From Takakia lepidozioides (lineage: Eukaryota; Plantae; Bryophyta): DNA of 64,000 bases. The notes below the pieces were generated by a model. It did not search any database and was not told where the DNA came from. It saw only the letters and a list, made by a program, of their open reading frames with translations. This document shows positions 54,401-64,000 of the stretch, in pieces (within the stretch, counting starts at the first letter, position 1; the number at the start of each line of letters is the position of its first letter). The position numbers were made by a program, and so were the translations under genes. The DNA is taken from assembly GCA_030704615.1 (NCBI GenBank), contig CM060732.1, forward strand, positions 43,958,001-44,022,000, written 5' to 3'.

Positions 54401-57400
54401 CCTAAGCTCCTAATCCAGGTGAATTCAAATTCTCGCTTAAGAATGACTCAGACAAAGAAGTGAATGTCGTCAACGCCATTCAATTTGGATCTATGATTAC
54501 AATCCTTATTAAGCCAAATTATTTCCCAAAAAGTGTAGTAGACTTTCCAGTATGATATTGCACCTGTACACAACTCGCATCATGGCCCATTCTCCTCCAA
54601 CCTGACTGTCAAAGTCGTTGGACCGTAAAATGTTACCATCTTTGGAGAACTCCCGGAAAAAACAGTATCTCTAGGTGAGACCTCTCCACTTCCTTATGTA
54701 TGCCTCCAATGACATTTGGGGAGGGGAAACAATCGAAATGTTCAAGTCCTTAAAAGTCTGATCCAGCACAATGACGGCGCACTTTTCGAGCTGCAAATTG
54801 TATATTTGTCAGTATTGCAAGTAAGATACTCATCACATAATTGAAGAAAAGAAAACGGCTTATTTGAATACACACCTGACTCCAAAATGTAGCCTTGTGG
54901 AGCCAGTTATCAAACACCAAATCACTGATTCCTTCCACCTTTGTGCCAGGCTGTATGGTGCTCTTTGGGAACTGATTCAAGTCCTTTACTGTCTGATCTG
55001 AGTTCCATATCTCCAACCACCTTATTTTTGTTTGTGGGTCGACCATGGATATGGCCAGCCGGTGCAATTTCTCCTGCTGCATCTCCGGATGCACATGCTT
55101 GTCACAGTGAGATTTGATCTGCTGAAGGAACTCAGAACCAAGTCCAGGATCTACTATTCTAAGCTGCTTTCCCGAAGGCGGACATCAATTTGGTTCTTCG
55201 CATTTCAAACTCTTTTTTTATTGCTGCTTCCACACCCTTTGATGTCCTTAGTTCCTCTGGTGTAGTGCGGTAATATTCGGATTTTCCCTTTTCAGTTGCA
55301 TCTTCCAGTTCTTGCTGCATTGATTCAAATAGTGATTAGCACCGAAGGGACTACAAACATACCGCATACATGTACTCCAGAAACGCCTCTCGAGTCAAAG
55401 AATACCAAGTGCCTGCAGCTCTTCCTGTTTCGCACTTCTTGATTATATTGGGGGGGAGTACTGTCCGAAAATCATCCAGCTTCATCAGACCAATCCTCTG
55501 AATTCGGAATAGTGTGTGGACCAAGCTTGTTGTCACATGCGATTTCTGCAAAAACATTGGAAACATTGCATTCCTTAACACTGTTTTTTTGGGATTAACA
55601 AGACACTACAGAGGGAATGAAATCTCTAGGATGACTTACTTGTTCACGTCGTGCATAGCTGTAAGAAGCCTAGCGATGTCGTTTCCTGGATCCAAAACCA
55701 TTGCCTCCACAACAACATGCTTGTCTTTGTCTTTCGCATGGTGTTTCTGGATGTATCCCATCCATGCCAGCAATCGGTGGTTGCCGTCCCAGAATTGCTG
55801 GGTGTTCTTTCCCATCATGAGGCCCAGCTTGAACTCCTCATTGACATCTTTCTAGCACTCATCCCAGGTATCACTGATCTCTGGAGACACTAATGTGTTT
55901 TTCCCATTTATATCCGTCAGTGACAGATAAAAAACTTGTGCACCAAGTCTGTATCCATGTACGAAATCACTCTCCAATTTTGTTATGTCATGGGAAAGAG
56001 GTGGACGCACAACATGCATAGATATCATCCGGCACAGAGGGATGTCCAGACGCCCTCCATATACAAGCATGTCCCTTATAACCTCCTGAGAGTTTACCTT
56101 CTGGAATGACATGAGTTCTTTCACCTTGTCAAGGTAGTGCACTTCAGATTCATCTGCTTCATCGTTATTCTCTGAGCTTTTTCCAGACTCGTCCCCATCT
56201 CCAGATCCTTTCCCCTCCGATCCTGTAGGCTTGGACCTCACAGTTTTCTGCACGATGTCATTCAAATCTGACTGAGTAATGTGCAAATAGTGAACGGCGG
56301 TAACGACCATCACTCTGTCTCGACGAAACTCACAATGAATGGTGTGAAACAAATTCAGAACCATCTACACAAGCAAAGCTGATCCTGCCGAATTCAAAAC
56401 AAAAGCAAGAGCGAGAGCGAACGGTGTTAACGACAATCACAAAAAACAAGGACCTGCCGGATCGGTGTTGTGTAATGACATATATGTGTAAGTGATTGGC
56501 GGCAACGATATTCAATATAGTTTAGGGAGGATAGTAAATGCAGATTATTCAGATTGACTCCATTGTGATTACCGTCGCAAGCATTCACGGTTTCTTGTCT
56601 ATGTCGAGAGTACTTTCCAATCGATACTCTACCTGAATCTACAGTATGGTCTTCAAATCTTTGATTGGCGGTACCGCCTTTCCACTTCTCTATCTGTTCA
56701 ACCTCATACAAAGAAAATGCATTGCAATACATTATGACTGAATATGCCGACCCTCACTCTCTCTTCAAACAAATAGATAAATAAATCTCACGAGGAGAAT
56801 CGAATGGCGTTAACGACGCTCGCAATTCAGTAGACTTCAATCACATGTTCTTGCTAAAGAAGGGAAGAGGAAGGACTGCTTGAAAGACAATTAGACAGAC
56901 CGTATGATCTGAACAACAGTGAATGACGGTACCGTCAGTCACCCACTCATTGTGCTGTAAACCCTTAACAGAGGAGTAGAAAGCAAATCACCGTTGTTTC
57001 ATGGTGATGGTCGGTAGCCACAATCCATTTCTGGGACATTCCACTCAATCTCTACGCAGATCTTCAACAATGAAATGTAAGTTAGAGAAAACTTACTGGC
57101 GTCTTCTTAGGTTTTGAAATTGGATCCCCTTCTACAGCTTTCCTCTTCCCTCTCACATCTGTTGGAATTTCTGTCTGCTCTAGGGTTTCTGGACCTTCTC
57201 CCAGTTCAACGTTCTTCGTACTTCCACCTCCTTCAGTTTCCCTGCGAGTCATCTCTGCATCCACAGGCTGGTTTCCAACGCGCACTGTTATCGCCGACTG
57301 TGTCACAGCCGCTGCCTCGGTCTCGGTTTGCTCTTGTGAATCAGTCTCCGCGTTCACCTGCTGCCTTGGCCCTGTGTTCTCCAACAAACGACGGCTCGTC

Positions 57401-57402
57401 AT
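51420..57402 (-). pseudogene. Multi-exon gene: ParB/Srx-like domain plus C-terminal beta-class N6-adenine/N4-cytosine methyltransferase fold; premature stops
   Basis: ParB-like region VVRPP..ITKL..F..GY..VFYLS..WD..FWDGNHRLLAW (55774-55791). MTase-like exons: ADIVILDILDG (DPPY position, ~52733-52765)..FCNNFLSDAGTLLLF; PWRGTKEKSPAFMQILLESCSHHSARVVDISVSTG (exon 52270-51985), spliced in phase to GATYHACKAGGRSLFGMEGD (from 51889). These parallel HPTQKP..LL..S..GD.VLDPFAGSGTT..A...GR...GIE.D of N6_N4_Mtase. Stops at 55852 and ~51770. Confidence 0.75.
53700..54520. repeat. Intronic ~300-330-bp tandem repeat, each unit with two 24-bp palindromes
   Basis: GTGAATG(T/G)CGTCAACG(A/C)CATTCAC or near-matches at 53728, 53834, 54017, 54131, 54338 and 54460. 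Confidence 0.85.
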
Positions 57403-58256
57403 TTGCTCTCTTGCTCTGCGTCTTTCTAAGGGAAGTAAAATAAAGAGACTTCTTCTCTTTCGTATTGTAGAAGGAACCCTCTCCAGCTTGACTACCACTC
57501 TCCCTCTAAGCACGAAAAGTAGAAAAACGAAGTGACTCCCGATTTCTTGCGGGATTGCGTGCGTTGTTGCTTGTCTCTAGAAGCATCGGATTCCCTCTCG
57601 CGTGACTGTTACACATAGTCGTTCCCTTATTAGTGCACATGCCAACAATTAGTGTACAGCTGTTCGTATTCAATTATCGATGTCTGACGTGTGTCGCCCA
57701 AAATAAACGACGTGTTCTTTATTAGAACGGTTTCAATATTTAAAAATTACAGCGAATCCCAGAAATCTTGGCGCACAGTCTTAGACAAATATATGTAAAT
57801 GAACGAGAGTTTGATGGCAAATTTTGGGATATCATACACCGTCATCCTTGTTAGCCAACCCCACGTTCGTTTCACATTTTGAACTTTCCAGGTACGCATG
57901 ATCATTGGTAGTAGTATAAAGATACATCTACTTAATCTGCAATCCCACCCTCAGATCCTGTGGCATGCTTCCAGGAAGTCGGCTTATTATTGTGTTTATT
58001 GATGAGGTTCTGATTAATGGTTTAACAGCTGCCGACATTGCTCCTAGGGATACTCTGACCACTGGGCCCACAAGAAAAGTAATTAAAATGGACGGCTGCA
58101 TATCTGGAAGGAATAACAGAATATGCACAGTCGTCGTCTGAGCTTCCTCCGCCATATCTCTCTGCTCATTCTTCAACTGTGTTCTGGAGACATCAGTAAA
58201 CCGATTTACACTGAAGGTCTGCGATAGCAAGGTATCAACGTACGCGAGGAAGGAAG

Positions 58257-61200
58257 ATGGCTTCCTCTGAAGCGGAGTTCTTCTCTGACGACAAACCAGT
58301 GCCATTCTCCCAGGAAGTCCTTGACAATGGATTTGCAATTGTTCTGGAACATGTCTTGGCTACCCGTTTTCAGCTTCAAAATGGCTCCATCTTTTTGGAG
58401 AAAGAGGTGTACGATTTGAAAGGGAAGTTGTTGAAATACTCTTTCCAAAACCGTGATGAGACGGCTCATGTCAGCTAGTGGAGAGTGCGCCCTGGTCGAT
58501 ACAGAGTACTTGGAGAGCCTCGGCGAAAGTCCCTTGGGTCATATGTGACGCCCGGGACTGCTGCTTTGGTCGTTGAAGACAAGAGGGAGGTGGTGGTGAA
58601 AAAAGAACAGACGTCCTCCACTCCAATCGTTGAGCTTTCGGATTCGTCCGATGATGACATAAGTGAAATTCCAAATCCAGTCCTTCCTACTGTGGTTGGA
58701 GAAGCTGATGAAGAAGAGATTTGTAGTGTCATTCCAAAATTACGGGCGATGGGAGGAATGGCTGGATTCAAAAATGAGTTGCGAGGAATTGATTGGGAAT
58801 CTTTGAAGCAGGTGCTGTGAAGTTCTTGCCAGAGACTTTTGATGGCGATATCCTATTCGAGCTGCCTTCTCCTCCGCGAGTTGGAGGTGTAACAATCATG
58901 ATGCATGGAATGGACAAAAAACACGACGGGCACCCGTGGTGCAGAACAAAAACATCCAATATTCAGAATGATGACAAGCTTGTTTTGAGGAGAACAGTTT
59001 GTAATGGACACCTTAGGTGTGATAATTTGAATTGCAGACACTTTCTTCAGTCTGGGGTTCATAATCAAAGCGAATGGGAGGGTCTGGCGGAAAATCCATT
59101 TCAGCCTGGGACTGCCACACCACCGGCAAACACTTTCGTCTGCAAATTCTGCAAACTCGTGCCATCCTGCTTGGCGCTCTGTGGAGCAAGAATGTACTAT
59201 GTTGTCCACCGTTTGAAAACAATGACAAGAGCTTGTGTGCATTTCGGATTCCATAACCATCCTGTCTCGAAGGGGGATTACAGGGAGAGTGTTGAGACAG
59301 TATCGAGGTTGATTAAACAGGAGTTCGGGAGAAACCCATCAGCAACAACATCTGCAATTGCTCTTGGCGCAAGCAAGTCCTTCTTGGAAAGCCATATTTT
59401 GAGTGAAGGGGATTCTGTGGGGACTAAACTTGACGGTGCAGCATTGGACCTGGTCATGGATCATTTTTCCACTTTGAGTTCACCTAACATTCAGCATCAG
59501 ATCAATGCATTAAGAATAGGCTCTGGTATCAGAGGCTACATAGACAACATTTTGGAGTTGAAACGAGTGAGCAAGTACGATTACATCCAGGACAATGTAT
59601 TCCCAGGTCAAGGTGCCATCAAAGTTTTTCTTTTCAAAATGTCGACTGTTGGGGAGGGCAGTGGGGTTAGCCTCGTGAAGCGGATGCAGAAGACTGGGGA
59701 CTTGCAGAACTGTTTTCTTATGTTTAATCATGTGAAACGAGTGAAGGATTGGACGACAATGGCTTCTCATGTCTACGATCCAGTGTACCAACGAGTTATG
59801 ACAATTGCAGTTTGTGACATGCAATCCGAGGATACGGAATCCCAGAAGCTCATGTGGAATTCCCTGATACGTGTCATGGGCTGCCATGGGTTGCCATCTC
59901 CAAATTTCGCAGGTTTCATGGCGGATAGTGCTCAGGCAAATTTCAATGTTGTTCGTATTGTCTTCGGATCGGGCGACCCAAAAGTGCCAATGCGAGGAAG
60001 AGAGCGTACATGTCTATTCCATTGGACACAATCTCTGGAAAAACATACAAAGTTGGACATCAAACCAGAGATGCAGACTCAGCACCGTAAATTGTGCAAA
60101 GAATACAAAGATGCTAGAACAATGAAGGAGGCGGACACTTTGTTCCAGACAATTCGTACCTGGTGGTTCTCTTCTGGAGCTGCATCACTTGAGAGTATGA
60201 GAGCATTGGAAGATTGGCTGGCGTTTTGGCACTTCCGGTATAGACAGTGGGGAGCAGCCATGCCAGTGGTACGAGGCTTATATTTCTTGCTTTATTCATA
60301 CATTTACTTTCCATTTTATTGTGTCATCGTTTTCTTTATGTTGTTTTCTGTTCACTGTTTTTGAAGTGTGGTTCTCCACTTTGCAGAACATGTCCATTGA
60401 GGAAATGGCGGACATGCCATCTTGCAATTTGGCAGAAACTGTGTACAACGCATGGTTGCAGCAGTCTGGGAAACGAGGTCGGGATTTGTATGTGGCAACA
60501 ACAGATGATTTGATACGTGCCTTGCAACAACAAACCCGATACCGTGATTTCTTGCGAGGTGGGGTTGGTGGCAAGGGTCCGGACAAATGGGAGTTGATGT
60601 TGCGTGCTGCAAACAGATCTGGGGATCCAATCAAGATAGCACGGGCGGTGAGCATGTATGCCCAGGGAACGCCACTTGTTTCTAGAGTTCCACATCTTGA
60701 AGGGGAGGAGAGATTCGGCTCCTGTAAGAGGAAATTGAACACTCCACCTGGTTCAGATTCCGATTCGCACAGGGCAGACCGTGATAACTTCTCGAAGCCT
60801 CGTGTTCCCCTGCATGACAGCTCCATGTCCGGAACCTCCATTGTGGAGGAACCTCCAACACGACGGCAAGCTTCAGCATCAAACAGTGCCACTGAAATGG
60901 TGCAAGAGAGAAACAACCCCCTTGATGTGCTTGAGTCCGCATGCCCCGACCACGTTTGGCACATAGAACGCACAAGTGTAGGGTCTCGTGTGAAATGTAC
61001 AGCGATCAGGGCAACTAATTTCGAGACGTGCACTTCATCTATTCCAAGAGGTGGTGCCCGAACTCCTGCTCCCACTTTCACGGTTTGATGCGCCCATACG
61101 GTCAACTAGAAGCCAAGAACCACATTCTGGTTCTGCGCAGATGATTGTGCCAGATGTGTGCATGGAACTGTGCGTCCTTCCGTAGTGATGAAGCCATCTC

Positions 61201-61765
61201 CTCCAACCGTTTGGCCCATGAAGGTGGGAACACATCTCAGATTTTAGGAGATTGAAATGCTGGAGGAGGCAGGCTTTTCCCGTGCGAGACAACCCCAACT
61301 CCATGCATGTGCTACTACTTCTGCGTCCTCCCGGGTCCCCCCGGCAAATCCCTGACTTGTGGCCACCAAACGAGATGAAAGCTCGTTCGGCGTTTCCCTC
61401 CAACCGCTGAACACTTTGGCAAAGTGGAGTCCGCAAGAATGCTCCAAGCTCGTGTTGGAAGCACCACGGAAGTACCCGATCCAGGATATGGTCGGGTATT
61501 CACAATCATCACTTCCACATCTGCTGTCATGACAGGACCTACGATATCACAGGTTTCCAATTTCCCCAATTGCACATGTCCTGATTTTGTGAATATGCTA
61601 TCAACCAGTTTGGGCAAGAGTAAATTCATACCCTGCAAACATTTGTATTTCATATTTTTTGAGATGATGGTTTGCGATCCCAAACGTGACAACTTCATTC
61701 ACCAGGCCACTATGAGTTTCAACGAGGTCGATACTCTATTGCAGCGGTATACAACATATGAGTAG
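58257..61765 (+). pseudogene. Mutator-like transposase: GCM-like (WRKY-GCM1 fold) DNA-binding domain, MULE DDE core and SWIM finger; intron 60269-60386; frameshifts and stops
   Basis: GCM-like DGHPW..RRTVCNGHLRCDNLNC..CKFC..CGARMYYV..CVHFGFHNHP. DDE core FNHVKR (probably D>N at 59726), FMADSAQAN, CLFHW (CxxH), CNLAET. SWIM NCTCPDF..PCKHLYF. Confidence 0.75.
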
Positions 61766-62402
61766 CATCAACTATGCAATGTGGTATGTGGACGACCATG
61801 ATTTGAAATGTGTAATTCACATCAATTCGTCGGCGGTGCAATGATATGGCCTCCAACTATAACGGAGTGAGCTCTGAGTGACAACTTTTAAACACATTTG
61901 TCATTGCACCGTTCGAAGTCTACATGTCTTGCTGTCGCTATGCACTACAATCATCTTTTGAAGATGATCCTAACTCTCATTGTTATTTGAGGAGGGAGGA
62001 AGGTCTTCCCGTGGCAGCCTCTATGGCGCACACTTTGTGAGGATATTTCCGTCCTCGTAATTGTAAAAGTGAAATAAACATTTGTAATTGCACAATGTTG
62101 GATGCTGCAATTGTAGGCCTCATGGCAACGACGCAATGGCGTGAGCGTTGCACGTGAGCGCGCGAGCGTACGCTCACGCAGAGTGACGTGGCGTGAGCGT
62201 ACGCTCACGCCAGCTGACGGGCGTGAGCGCTGACGTGGCGTGAGCGTCATGTCAGCATGCTGATGTGGCGGTAAATGATGACGTGGCACTGTCCGTCAAC
62301 TGCCACGTCAGCATTAACATGCGCCGCCTATAACCGTGGATGGTCCTATGACCGTGGAATTAATGCAGGGAATCTTTGCCTAAATAGAATCAAGACGAGC
62401 GT

Positions 62403-64000
62403 TGAGGCCTACAATTGCAGCATCCAACATTGTGCAATTACAAATGTTTTGTTTCACTTTTACAATTACGAAGACGACAAAATATCCTCACAAAGTGTGC
62501 GCCATAAGGCTGCCACGAGAAGACTTCCTCCCTCCTCAAATAACAATGAGAGTTAGATCATCTTCAAAAGATGATTGTAGTGCATAGCGACAGCAAGACA
62601 TGTAGACTTCGAACGGTGCAATGACAAATTGCACTACCTAAAAGTTGTCACTCAGACCTCACTCCGTATAGTTGGAGGCCATATCATTGCACAGCCGACG
62701 AATTGATGTGAATTACACATTTCAAATCATGGTCATCCACATACCACATTACATAGTTCATGCTACCCATGTGTTGTATCCCGCTGCAAAAGAGTATCGA
62801 CCTCGTTGAAACTCATAGTGGCCTGGTGAATGAAGTTGTCACGTTTGGGATCGCAAACCATCCTCCTCAAAATATGAAATACAAATGTTTGCAGGTATGA
62901 ATTTACCTCTCTTGCCCAAACTGGTTGATAGCATATTCACAAAATCAGGACATGTGCAATTGGGGAAATTGGAAACCGTGATGTCGTAGGTCCTGTCATG
63001 AACAGCAGATGTGGAAGTGATGATTGTGAATACCCGACCATATCCTGGATCGGGTACTTCCGTGGTGCTTCCAACACGAGCTTGGAGCATTCTTGCGGAC
63101 TCCACTTTGCCAAAGTGTTCAGCGGTTGGAGGGAACGCCGAACGAGCTTTCCATCTCGTTTGGTTGGCCACAAGTCAGGATTTGCCGGGGGGACCCGGAG
63201 GACGCAGGAGTAGTAGCACATGCATGGAGTTGGGGTTGTCTCGCAAGGGAAAAACCTGCCTCCTCCAGCATTTCAATCTCCTGAAAGCTGAGATGTGTTC
63301 CCACCTTCACGGGCCAAACGGTTGGAGGAGATGGCTTCATCACTACGGAAGGACGCACAGTTCCATGCACACATCTGGCACAATCATCTGCGCAGAACCA
63401 GAACTTGTGGTTCTTGGCTTCTGGTTGACCGTATGGACGCATCAAGCCCGTGAAAGTCGGAGCAGGAGTTCGGGCACCACCTCTGGATATAGATGAAGTG
63501 CACTTCTCGAAATTAGTTGCCCTGATCGCTGTACATTTCACACGAGACCCTACACTTGTGCGTTCTATGTGCCAAACGTGGTCGGGGCATGCGGACTCAA
63601 GCACATCAAGGGGGTTGTTCTCTCCTGCACCATTTCAGTGGCACGTTTGATGCTGGAGCTTGCCGTCGTGTTGGAGGTTCCTCCACAATGGAGGTTCCGG
63701 ACATGGAGCTGTCATGCAGGGGAACACGAGGCTTCGAGAAGTTATCACGGTCTGCCCTGTGGGAATCTGAATCCGAACCAGGTGGAGTGTTCAATTTCCT
63801 CTTACAGGAGCCGAATCTCTCTCCCCTTCAAGATGTGGAACTCTAGAAACAAGTGGCGTTCCCTGGGCATACATGCTCACCGCCCGTGCTATCTTGATTG
63901 GATCCCCAGATCTGTTTGCAGCACGCAACATCAACTCCGATTTGTCCGGACCCTTGCCACCAACCCCACCTCGTAAGAAATCACGGTATCGGGTTTGTTG
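62403..64000 (-). mobile_element. Inverted second copy of the transposase 3' half; runs off the window
   Basis: Reverse complement of 60528-62122 with scattered substitutions and indels (e.g. LESACPDHVWHIERTSVGSRVKC.., NCTCPDF). Confidence 0.9.

Larger units (their letters stand above)
50690..62310. mobile_element. Putative two-gene Mutator-like DNA transposon (ParB-MTase gene and transposase, divergent); boundaries approximate
   Basis: Head-to-head gene pair flanked by related GCGTGAGC(G)-rich clusters at 50690-50745 and 62138-62250. No TIR pair or TSD could be pinned down. Confidence 0.55.

Noticed and set aside
51420-57402. Bacterial or phage contamination as the source of the ParB-MTase
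   Set aside because: The gene has in-phase GT-AG introns and is contiguous with plant transposons.

Overview
Eukaryotic, intron-containing land-plant DNA, probably from a lineage with flagellated sperm (bryophyte, lycophyte or fern). This is inferred from a spliced Rab23 gene, a thylakoid-type PsaN-like gene, a PLS-class PPR fragment and chromovirus-like LTR elements. The first ~13.5 kb is genic: RAB23 (-), a 4-exon PsaN-like gene (+) with LINE remnants in intron 1, and an intronless GT4 glycosyltransferase (+). The rest is a nest of decayed transposons: an RLE-type LINE, a MITE-like element, hairpin-repeat arrays around a ~120-bp satellite, an internally deleted Ty3/gypsy element, captured host-gene fragments beside a CACTA end, L1 remnants and copia LTRs. 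Two elements each carry a DNA methyltransferase. (1) A Ty3/gypsy pol (37.2-42.1 kb) has a full DNMT3-like C5-cytosine methyltransferase domain in frame between protease and RT. (2) A ~11.6-kb Mutator-like locus (50.7-62.3 kb) has a GCM-like/MULE-DDE/SWIM transposase paired head-to-head with a spliced gene encoding a ParB-like domain plus a bacterial-type beta-class N6-adenine/N4-cytosine methyltransferase fold, with 24-bp palindromes in its introns. A mirror-image second transposase copy starts at 62403. Both methyltransferase copies carry premature stops. All calls come from reading motifs by eye; no database search was run.
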